Below are positions 12,641 through 24,200 of a DNA stretch of 64,000 bases, piece after piece; positions within the stretch are counted from its first letter, which is position 1; each line of letters begins with the position of its first letter. The notes beneath the pieces are model-generated. The model saw only the letters and a program-made list of their open reading frames with translations. It had not been told where the DNA came from and did no database searches. This DNA is from Hypanus sabinus (taxonomy: Eukaryota): positions 130,200,001 through 130,264,000 of the forward strand of contig NC_082712.1 in NCBI RefSeq assembly GCF_030144855.1. Reading direction: 5' to 3'. A program made the position numbers and the translations under genes.

Positions 12641-13233
12641 AGGTTCAGTTGTTGCTCACTCCAAACATCAGGATGGCGAAGAAATGAGATCCTATTGACT
12701 TTGACCATGGAATGATTGTTGGTGCCAGACAGCATGGTTAGAGTATCTTAGAAGCAGCCAATCACATGGAATTTTTAAGCACAATAGTCTCTAGAGTTTA
12801 CAGAGAACGGTGAGAAAAACAAAAATACATCCAGTGAGCTACAGTTCTCTGGATGAAAATGACTTGTTAATGAGAGAGGTCAGAAGAGGCAACAGTAACT
12901 CAAATAACCACATAATACGGTCCTGGTGTGTAAAAGAGCATCTCTGAACATCCGACATGTCAAACCTTGAAGTAGATGGGCTACAGTAGCACAAGACCAC
13001 ACTAGGTTACACACCTGTCATCAAAGAATGGAAACTGAGGCTACAGTGGGCAAAGGCTCACCAAAACTGTACAGTTGAAGATTGGAAAAACATCGCCTGC
13101 TCTGACAAATCTCTATTTCTGCTGAGACATGCAGAGGGTAGGGTCAACATTTGGCATAAACAACATGAATCTATGGATCTATCCTGTCTTGTGTCAACAG
13201 TTCAGGCCGGTGGTGACGGTATAATGGTGTGGT
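12641..13233 (+). mobile_element. Tc1 transposase remnant (second family)
   Basis: DFDHGMIVGAR, WKNIACSD and GGDGIMVW-like remnants; homologous to 48440..48706. Confidence 0.8.
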
Positions 13234-13236
13234 ACA

Positions 13237-14660
13237 GCATTCAGAATTCAAATATCATTGGCATATGTCATGAAATTTGTTGACTTTGCAGTAGCAGTAC
13301 AATGCAAAACATAATAATATAGAAAAAGCTAAATTACAGTTAAGTATATTAAATCTAACTATTTAATATGTATGTTGTGCAAAAATAGAAATAATAAAGT
13401 AATGAGGTAGTGTTTATGAGTTCAAGGTCCTTTCAGAAATCAGATGGCACAGGAGAAAAAGCTGTTCCTGAATTATTGAGTGTATGCCTTCACACTTCTG
13501 TACCTCCTTCCTGAGAACAAAGCATGAGCTGGGTGATGGAGATCCTTAATGATGGACCCTGCCTTTGTGTGGCACCGCTCCTTGAGGATGTCCTGGATAC
13601 TATGGAGGCTAGTGCTCATGATGGAGCTAAGATTACAACTCTCTGCAGTTTACTTCAATCCTGAGCAAGAGCAACCCCCTCCCCCATACCAGACAGTGGT
13701 GCAACCAGTTAGAATGCCCTCCACCTCATATCTGTAATTATTTGAGTGTCTGTTGTGACATACCAAATTTTCTCAAACTCCTAATGAAATATAGTTGCTG
13801 TCATTCCTTCTTTGTAACTGCATCTATATGTTGGGTCCAGGATAGATCCTCAGAGATATTGATGCCCAGGAACTTGAAATCGCTCACTCTTTCTACTTCT
13901 GATCCCTCTATGAGGACTGGTGTGTGTTCCCTCCTCTTATCCTTTCTGAAGTCCACAATCTGTATTTTCATCTTACTGATGTTGAGTGCAAGATTGCTGC
14001 TGCAACACCAATTAGCTGTCATAACTTGCTCCTGTATGCCCTCTCATCACCACCTGAAATTCTGTCAACAATAGTTGTATTGTCAGCAAATTTATAGATG
14101 GCATTTGAGCTGTGCCCAGCCACATCAAATGGATGTAGAGAGTGGAGCAATGGGCTAAGCACACACTCCTGTTTTGCCAGTTTTGATGTCAGCGAGGTGG
14201 AGGTGTTTCCAATCCACACAGATTGTGGTCTACCAGTGGGAAGTTGAGGATCCAGTTGCAGAGACAGGTACAGAGGCCCAGATTATAGCTTTTTGATTAG
14301 AACTCTAGGAATGACGGTGTTAAATGCTGAGCTTAGTCAATAATCAGCATCATGACCCGGGTATTTGTATTGTCCAGGTGAAGAACCAATCAGATTGCAC
14401 CCGCCATAGACCTATTGTGGCATAGGCAAATTGCAGTGGGACCAGATCCTTGGTGAGACAGGAGTTGATTCTAGCCATAAATAGCCTCTCAAAGCATTTC
14501 ATCACCATAGATGTAGGTGACTCTGGATGATAGTCATTAAGGCAGCTCATCCTGCTCTTCTTGGGTACTGGTATAACTGTTGCTATTTTGAAGCAGTTTG
14601 GAACTTTCGACTGTATCAATGGGAGGTTGAAAATGTCTTTGAACACCCCTGGCACATGTC
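13237..14660 (-). mobile_element. Rex/Babar-like RT remnant
   Basis: ORFs 14350..14655, 14019..14219 (YKFADNTTIV) and 13801..14022. Confidence 0.85.
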
Positions 14661-14809
14661 AACATGGAGCAGAATCTCTAAGGAATATCTGTTCTGGGGA
14701 CAAAGAGGGGTCCTGCTCATTTCTAGAAAGGTTTTCTTACTGAGTGTAGATAATACTGCAGGTAATATTTATTGGTTATTGGAGTTTGTTTACAGTTAGA
14801 AAGGAGGTG

Positions 14810-15200
14810 GAAGATTGGGGGGGGGGGTGGGTAGAGATCTCATTGAAAACCTACTAAATTTTGAAAGGCTTTGTTACAGTACTCATGGAGAGAATGTTTC
14901 TATTAGGGCAAGTCTAGGACCAGAGGGTAAAGCCTCAGAATAGGATGTCCCTTTAGAACAGAAATGAGGAGGAATTTCTTTAGCCAAAAGGTGGTGAATC
15001 TGTAAAATTCATAGCTAAAGACAGCTGTGGAGGCCAAGTCATTGGGTATATTTAAGGTGAAGGTTGATAAGTTCCTGATTACTAAGAGTGTCAAAGGTTA
15101 CTGGGAGAAGGTGAGAGAATGGGGTTGAAAGGGAAAATAAATCAGCTACGATCAAATGGCGGAGCAGACTCAAAGGGCCAAATGGCCAAATACTGCTCCT
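14810..15200 (+). mobile_element. CR1 LINE 3' end
   Basis: aggaggaatttctttagccaaaaggtggtgaatctgt; homologous to 35125-35500. Confidence 0.75.
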
Positions 15201-15206
15201 ACGTTC

Positions 15207-15875
15207 CACTCAGTGGTCATTTTATTAGGGAGACCTGTACTCTTGCTCATTAATGTAAACATCTATTCAGCCAATCATGTGGCAGCAACTCAATGCATAA
15301 AAGCTTGCATACATGGTCGAGAAGTTCAGACCGAACATCAGAATGGGGAATAGATGTGATCAGTGTGACACCATTACAGCTCAGGACGTCGGAGTTCAAC
15401 TCTGGCATCATCTGTAAGGAGTCTGAACATCCTCCCCATGGTATCCGTGGGTCTTCTCCAGGTCCTCCGGTTTCCTCCCAAAGACGTACCAGTTAGTAAG
15501 TTAACTGGTCATTGTAAATTGTCCTGTAATTAGGCTGGGGTTAAAGTGGGGTTTGCAGGACAGCACAACTCAAAGGGCCTATTCTGCACTGTATCTCTAA
15601 ACAACATTGACCATGGAATGATTGTCGGAGCCAGAAGAGGTTGTTTAAGTATCTCAGAAACTGATCTCCAGGGATTTTCATGCACAACAGTCCCTAGAAT
15701 TTACAGGACGTGTGAAAAACAAACATCCAGTGAGTGGCAGTTCTGTGGGGAAAAATTGCCCTATTAATGAGAGAGGAGAGAGGAGAATGTCCAGGCTGGT
15801 TCAAGCTGATAGGAAGGCAACAATATCTCAAATAACTACGTGTTAAAACAGTGGTACGTATATAGAAGAACGTCT
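15207..15875 (+). mobile_element. Tc1 remnant (second family) with an internal SINE fragment (~15370-15605)
   Basis: TIR cactcagtggtcattttattagg; DHGMIVGARRG transposase start is split by a fragment with a B-box-like gagttcaactc. Confidence 0.75.
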
Positions 15876-18269
15876 TTGTTATGAAGAGGTGCGAAGGAAA
15901 TGTACATTGTTTAACCTCTATACTTTTCTGACTGCATGATGGAGGAAAAATCAAGTCGCTGAAAATATATAGATCTGGGACATTCCTCTGAGGAGTTCCA
16001 GCAGCAGTTTCTAGGTCAGAGATGAATGATCTTAAATAGCTATGCGCAGATTCATTTGTACTAGATCTGACATCAGCCAACAGAGACTCTCCCATTCCTG
16101 AGCTTTGGTGTTTCTATACCAGGCCATGATGCAGCGAGTTAGGACACTCTCCAATGCCCATTTGATGTTTGCTGCTGAATCTTGCCTAACAGCTGGTAGT
16201 CACAAAAATCTGCTTTATGAGGTGGTTGACTGATCCTTTCAGTATGGGTTTTGAATTTTAAGACAATAATGTTTGATTAGCAAAGACAGGAGACAGCTGA
16301 GGAATAGAACTACTCTGGAAACAGGAAGCTCTTGGCTGGAAAGTAGCGGAAACCTGGTTGCTCTTTTTCCTCAGGAACAGAAAAGGAAAATCATTACTTT
16401 TTATTGCTGTTACAAATGTTGCGTGGCATCAGAAAACAGATCAGGTACAGAGAAGCGCTGCTGTAGAGACAGAAATTGTGATGAATGGGTGGTAGAAATT
16501 TGAAATATTAAGAAAAGGATGGAGGTCTAAAAATAAAAAAATTAGTAATTTAAAAACTTATGTTGGTAACAATGGGGCAGCTATTATAAATAAATTGCTC
16601 TTTACAGAGTGGTTGGTGCCCTGTATGCTGGGAAATTGTTCAATGGTAATGCTGCTGAATGTTAAGATCAGCTGCCTCAAGGAATGTTTATGACACAAAA
16701 GCATGACATTTAGCCCACTGAATCCACACTAGCTTCATGTATGAGCTAACCAAGTGTCCAACACTCCCATCCTCTCCAAAAAGTCCTTAAAATTCTTTTG
16801 ATTTATATTCTTACGCATATTTGCCTCCAGTACAACCTGACAGCCCTGATCCTGACTACTTGTTGAATAAACAAAAAAGAAAATCCTTCAGTCTTTTGGT
16901 TCCTTTTGTCAGTATTATTCCATGTTCTCTCACACTTAACTTATCCACAAATAGGAACTATTTCTTTCCATCTATTTTGTTCATATCTTTAATGATTTAA
17001 CTATCTCTCACAATCCTCCAAACAACCCAGCTTCTCCAGTAGATTCACAACATTAAAGTCCATCATCTCTACTATTATTTTAATAAATCTGTTACTCATT
17101 TCCTTAAAGTGTTTATCTTTTATAACATGTCATGCCCATTTGGGCACAGTAAACTAGTTCTGGCCAGAACTTTGTTTATGAATGTACATTATATCTTCCT
17201 GTCTCTTAAAGCCCAGGAATCCTGAATGTTTTAACCACTTTATAAATTTCCCTACCACTTTGAATGGATTGTGTACTGTACATGCTATATATTCACATTC
17301 TTCTCTCTGTTCTGGTACCCTTTCAGAATTATGCCCTCTAGTTAATATTGTCTTTGTTCATCCTTCCTACCAACTACAACACTTTACATTTCTCAGTACC
17401 AAATTTCATCTTCCACCAGTCTACTTTTTAAAAAATATGTCCTCTTATTATCCTCACAGCTCAATGCCTCCAAGTTTTAGAGGGTCTTCAGATTTTAAAG
17501 TTGTATTTTGTCCATTCAAGTTCAAATCATTAGAGAAACATTGGTTCTAGTGCAAATCAAGTTCCTTATTATAGCCTGGGTAGGGGGTGTAGTGGGGATA
17601 AGCTCCCACTACCTATTAAATATTCCCAATGGCGTGTGTCTCAAATTGCCTCTGACAACCAAGTCCAGCTCCTGGCCTTCACCTGTGACTTAGCTACTAA
17701 GCCTGCAGGAGCAGTTTCCACTGATAGGATAAAGGACAAAGGTGGGTTACTGTCACCTTAAAATTGATTTATGGAGAGTGCACCACGTTAAATTACAAAG
17801 CTAGGATTAAATCCGTCATATTCTATACTTACTTAAAAATTCACCTTACTTATCACAATAGATAAACTGTCATTGAAATTAACGAAGCGTCTTGTATATA
17901 TTTTTTATTTTTCATTAATTTTTTGTTTCTACAATGCGACAAAACAGTAAAGAGGTTTATACAGTGCAAACATATCAAAAGTACAGTCCATAATAATTAA
18001 AAGCACCCACAGTAGAATCGCATAAATTACCACCCCACCCAACTCCAAGCCAACGTTACAATAGATGAAAAGTTAATCAGAACTTTATCACCACAGAGCT
18101 GTATTTATAAAAATAAGGTATATGACCTACTAACTAATCTATAAGTATAAATTCTCGGAACATTCGTTCCGCCTGTTGTCGCTGAATGAAATTTCATTCC
18201 TCCTCAGCGCCGAGGACGTGCCGTGCGGGGATTGATGGGATATTGGAGGACCATCAGCTGTTCGGGAAA

Positions 18270-18285
18270 ATGGTGTTGATGAAAG
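18270..18285 (+). CDS. TMEM80: TMEM80 coding exon 1 (MVLMK + first base of next codon)
   Basis: ATG in aaaATGg context inside a CpG-rich patch, followed by donor AAG|GTGAGG. Phase 1 fits the 17-nt microexon. Confidence 0.7.
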
Positions 18286-21200
18286 GTGAGGCGATTGGAG
18301 TCCTGTTGCTGTGGCAACCAACGTGATTTTCCTCTCCCTAAATTAATTTGCAATGCGATTGAATTTAAATTAAGGTTTTTGTAGACGATCTTCACGTGAT
18401 TCGCAGCTGTCGCTGTTTGCGAGTATAGAACCGTGTGTATAGCTATCGCTGAAATTCCGTCTGTGAAAAACATGGGGTATGTTTTTTTTCTGAGAAACCT
18501 TATTTGTTTTTGAAACTTATTGTAAAGTAGACATTGTGCATCTCTTCCTCACTTCCCAATCCTGTTCTGAATCCATTAATTAAACCTTGGTTTTGTTTAT
18601 GTAAATATCATCACGCTTGGGAACTCTTACACTTAAGTGGCCAAAAACCCTTCAGGATACGAACTCCAGTTGTAGTATCACTAAATTCGGATATAAAGGA
18701 GATTAATTTTGATATGTGGGGTCTTCAGTGTTACCCATCTGAATTTAGTCCTACCTTATCAGACCCGTGTGCTATTCAAAGCTGCTACTTAAGATTATTT
18801 CTTGCCTTCCTTTGTCTAGTTTGTGCGCTCAGAGATCACTAGCATAAGTAGCACACTGTCTGTTTCAAATCAGAAGTCCTTTGGAATCCTTTCACCTGAA
18901 CAGTATAGAATTCTGTCAGTTTTAATTAAATACCAAAAAAAAAACTCAGAGCAAGTATGCCTCCCAGGAAATTGAATTTCCCAGCATAATTGATAACGTT
19001 TTGGTGATTCTGGAGCAAACTCGAGAGTTGCTTGGTTATTCTGTGGATTTGGAAACTTAATCAAGGAAAGATTATCCAAACCTGGATTCTATTTTGGAAT
19101 GTTAAAATTTAAATTAATAATTGGTGTAGGTTTGTACACATGAATCTGCATTATTGTCTACCTTAATTGGCATTGCATTTTCAACATTTGAATTAGTAGT
19201 ATCCTTATTTGTAATATATAACCAGGTGTGGGATCCAACCAAGTTTGGAAAGTTGGAGTGAAATTTGCTTTTGATTGCCAATGTTAAATAAATGCAAGAG
19301 CATTTGTCACTAGTTCTCTTCATCACTGCACATTTTGAGTTCACATTGGAATTGAATGTGGTGTTCTTTCAATTAGTGTTTGGCCCCTTCATAGCAAGTA
19401 ACAGTTAAGCTGTTATGGGAGCGGAGAGTTACACTCTGGTCGTTTTATCTTCATGCCCGGGTTCAGTGGGTTGGCCCAATTGGCCCAGGTGGGTAAGTAG
19501 AGTGGGTATCAACTCCTCCAGCGGATCAGACTCCGTATTATCTAGTCCCTGATCCAATGGCTGAATAATCTTTGTACAGATTTACATCTGTGTATCTTTT
19601 GAAATTTCATACACATAACAATCCAGATTACCAAACAAACAAGAGAAAATCTGCAGATGCTGGAAATCAGAGCAACACACACAAAAATGCTGGAGGAACT
19701 CAGCAGGCCAGGCAGCGTCTATGGAAAAAAGTAAGGCTGAAGGTCCAGAATCTATATAAGAAGATGGAATGGATTGCATCCTGCTTATCTTTTGAAGTAC
19801 TCATCCATTAGGCAAGAAATTGAAAGCCAAAATAAATCTTAATCTTCTTACAATTGGAAGAAGTTTTTGACAGGGATAAGATATACAATACCGGCTGGTG
19901 GTGTAGTAGCATTAGCGCTGGACTTCAGGGCGAGAGGTCCCAAGTTGGAATCTGGCCAGCTCTCTTGCATGCTGTCCATCCGTGTCTGGGTTGAGTGTTG
20001 AGCTAGTAACTCGACCTCGTTTCAAAAAAAAAACCTGGAGAGGGATGGGCTGCGCCAGGTTTCAGATGCTGTACGATGAGCAATCACCAAAAAGATCAGT
20101 GCAAAAAGCTTGTCATGATGGCACCATGAGTTAAGGATGTGCGTGCGCACACACAATATGATAAGGTAAATTGCTGATGTTCTTTACAAAGGGGCATCAA
20201 AAGAATTTATTTCAGCACCAACTTTATTGAGGAAGCTAAGTGAATAAGCTCAAGATAAAATAACACAAGAATTTAACATAAATTTATATTATTGATTTCA
20301 TTTGGAAACAAAAGACAATGAAATCAAGGAATCCATATCTACCTTCTCATGGATAAAACTTCCTTCCTGGAGAAAGTAAAATGATGGTGAATTCTAATGT
20401 TCAAAATTCTGCAACTACTGCCAACAGAGTGAATAATTTGAGGTGGTTAATTGAAAGCATTACTCGAGCATTGTAATTGAGTGTATTTATTTTAGTGAAT
20501 TGGTACTAAATCGTAATTCTTTGTACTAAAACTTAATTATCTTTTCATTTACAGTGAATTATGCTTCTGTTGTATCCTTTGGAATAAAAGTTGCCATATC
20601 CAGGAGCTGTATTATATCAGTGCTTTCTAGTTCTGTTCTTGTAGCTTGTAAATGAAATGCATCATTTATTCCAGAATGCATAAGAGTATATGGGCAGTAA
20701 ACAAGAATGATATTCAATATGACTTTTGTATCTACTTGTGAAGGAGGATTTGCTCATAAGAGGATTCAAATATTCTCCATTTCAATATTGCAATTTGTAC
20801 TTAATTCAAGACATTCTTAATTGTTTTTTGTTTTCTTAGATGTTTGATCTTTCTAGTTGCTGTTTTGTGGATCCAAGGGTAATGGCAGCCATACAGCATT
20901 GTGGATTATATTTGTGCGTGATTTTAGTTTTGAACTAAATGAATTAAGTTATCCAGTTTTTCTCCACCCTGGACGAGAAAAGGGACATTAAGTTAAGACC
21001 AGTTCACTTAGCACAGATCAAAAATTTGAACTAATCTTGATACTCTAACTATGTGTTATTTATGCACTAAGCTATAGGCCCAACAATTGTGAAAACTCTG
21101 CAAGTTCAGAATATAAGTGAGACAGTGGGGAAGAGCCAGAATGCATTTGACTTTGTCTTTGCTGATGGAAATTCTGTAGGAATCCAAAAGTATGAATATA

Positions 21201-24200
21201 CAAATGCCACAAGGCAAGATTCATTCCCTACTCTTACATTTACATTTTCAGTGCACATATATGCAGAAGAAACATTTTCTTTTGTCTAAAAAAAAACAGA
21301 ACTTGTTGGAAAAAAAGTGATCAATTTTGGTAATTATCTTTTTGGGAAGCAGTTTAACTCTTGAAGACTTCTGCTGAGAAAGAATGCAAGACATTGATAA
21401 TGTGTGCCAGGTTGATGATATATTGTTTACATTGCAGTCACATACCTTAACCAGAAATTCAACAGCTTTCCTCTATCCCTCTACAGATGATTTACTACTT
21501 AAATATATGTTATTATATATTTTATTTTCTTACCACTTTGCTCATGGTTATCTACAAAAGTAAGTTATGCACTTCCATTGTACAATTACTAAAAACCTTC
21601 ACATTTTAAACTTTGGGTTCAAGGAATTAATTCTAATTTTTATGTTTCAGGTCAGGTTTTTAGTTTCCCAGATGGAAATCTGGCTCTTGATTTGATTCTT
21701 CTGATTCTTATGGTAATTCTGGAAGTGATAAGGCTATACCATGGTAAGATGTTGTATTAAATTGTATGTATTGTACTGTATAATTTGATCCTCAATACAG
21801 TCAGTGATGTGAATTTTTTTTAAGAGTTCTGACACAGCATTTTGTTTGGAGCTATGCTAACCTGATATCTTTCAAATTCTGTGCTCTGCCTCTGTGTGAA
21901 GGTAAGGAAGATGTATTCAAATTAATGTCATTTGGGACTAATTGTTTCGGTTCCAGAAACTTTCCCTGTTTCTATAGAGAGAAATTCAAGTTGTGATACA
22001 CAAATTCTGATGTATTATCCAAACAAGATGCAACAGCAATTGACACAGTATTAGAATAAAGTCATTTGGCCCATCGAGTCTGCTCCACCAATTAATCAAG
22101 GCTGATCCTTTCTTTCCCCCCTCCTCAGCCTTACTCCCTGGCCTTCTCCCCTTAACCTTTGATGGTGTGTCCAATCAAGGACCTATCAAGCTCTGCCTTA
22201 AATACATTCAATGACCTGCCCTCCACAGCTGCCAGCGGTTTTAAAAAAAAATTCCACAAGTTCACCACTCCTGGCTAAAGAGATTTCTCTGCATCTCTGT
22301 TTTAAATGGGCACCCCTCTATTTTTGTTTGCTAAGTAGAGACTTGTATGGTCAGTGAACACATTCATTGACATGAATTGTGTTGAAACATCCTGAGAAAT
22401 GTTAAAACGTTTTGCATAAATTAAGCTCTTAACTACATATCTATCTTTAATTTTAATAATGCAATCGGTGAATAATTTTGTCTTCAAAATTTGTATCAAT
22501 TTAAAACTTCGCAGCTGACAGTGTATTTTATTAGTCTTTATTGGGTCCAGAATTGAGAAATGAAAGGACACTAACTCTTCCAGGTATACTGTCAAAAGTC
22601 TGTCTTCTCTGATTATCTATTACTGTAATTCTGTTTGAACACAAGAAAATCTTAAACTGAAATTTAGATTGATAAATAGATTACAGGACTGGATTTTCAC
22701 AAGTTTTTTTCTTTGTTCAACAAGCAAAGATTATTAAAACTAAGCTAAACTCATGCCAGCAGTTGGTATGCTGACTAGCTAGAATCATAGTTATAGAAAA
22801 CTACAGTAGAGAAACAGGCCCTTCCACCATCTAGTCCATGCCAAACCATTTAAACTACCTAGTCCTATCAACCTGCAAACTCAGCCCTCCATACTACTCT
22901 CATTCTATCCAAACTTCTCAAGGTTTGAAACTGAAATCACGTTCACCACTTGTGCTGGTAGCACATTCCACAGACTCACCGTCCTCTGAGTGAGGATGTT
23001 TCTTCGAAGTTTTCCCTCACTTCGGAATTCTCAGGCCCAGAAACAGGGAAAGCTCAGTCATTGAGTTTATCTGTAGATTTCTGAATATCAAGGAATACCA
23101 TGACAGTGTAGGGAAGTGACATTGAAATAAAAGTGAGCAATGTTCTTGATTATTGATGAAGCAGGCTGGCAGGGCCAAGTACCTACTTCTCTGCTATTTT
23201 TCTGTTTATGAGAAAACGTTGACTATATTTGAAGCCAATATTTGCAAAGCTATCCTTTCCAAAATAAATGATTAGACAGTGACTGCAAGTAGGAATTCTT
23301 CCTTTTCTCAGCTGAACAAAACACTGCCCTGTTGTCTTGAAATTAGCTGTAATTGTGACACAGCTTGAATCTGAAAAATTCTAACCGATTAGTGTTACAT
23401 TAAATGTAACAGCTGCTTCAGGTTTTGCACATAAATCTTTTTCTGTATATAAAAAGAAAAACTTTGTAATGTGGTGACCCCACTTTTTGCGCAGGCGAAC
23501 CGGCTCACAAATAGCCAGCGCGCGGGGAGAGACTTTGGTAATGCACTTCTGATGTAATTTCTGCCCGGAGAGGGCAGGCACTAGGAATTAAATGCCAGCA
23601 CCGCGAAGTTTGAATAAACTAGTCTTGAAACGACTTACCAACTGTGTGTTGTCTCTAGCTCTGTATGTAGTACATCGCTACATTGGTGACCAGGACAGTC
23701 CAAACGGGATTTGGACCAAAGATGACTGACTCTTCATCTGTTCACACAGTTTCACTAAAACTGCTGACTTTCTGGATGCAGCAACCACGTGTGTGGTTTA
23801 GCCAAGCAGAAGCCCAGTTCCAGATTCGGCAGATATCCTCTGATTCCATGTGTTACTACAACGTGGTGAGCGCCCTTGACAAGGAGATGGCTGCCCAGGT
23901 TGTGGATTTCATACAGTCGCCCCCGGAAGAAGGCAAATATGAAGCATTCAAAGCGCTGCTCATTGGGACCTTTGGCCTCTCTCAGCGTGAGCGGGGTGCC
24001 TGCCTGCTTCACCTGGATGGTTTGGGAGACAGGCTGCCGTCAGCATTGGTGAACGAGATGTTGGCCCTGGCTGACGGACGCAAGCCCTGCCTCATGTTCG
24101 AGCAAGCATTCCTAGAGCAGCTGCCCGACGCAGATTTCAGCGACCCCCGGAAGGTGGCGGCCTGGGCAGACATGCTGTGGAAAGCCAAGAGGGAGAGCGT

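Larger units (their letters stand above)
18160..18470 (+). promoter_or_regulatory. CpG-rich promoter/first-exon region of TMEM80
   Basis: Local cluster of CpG dinucleotides in otherwise CpG-poor, non-repeat DNA around the start codon. Confidence 0.7.

Noticed and set aside
1-18100. A divergent partner gene (e.g. DEAF1) upstream of TMEM80
   Set aside because: No recognisable exon found; the region is almost all TE remnants. Very small exons cannot be excluded.
19891-19970. tRNA gene
   Set aside because: A/B-box-like motifs are present but there is no convincing cloverleaf, and it continues into a SINE body and tail.
20840-20878. Alternative candidate TMEM80 exon 2 (ttcttag/ttctag acceptors, G|GTAATG donor)
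   Set aside because: Neither 39 nt nor 22 nt restores frame between exons 1 and 3, and a U2 donor does not suit the U12-type acceptor at 21465.
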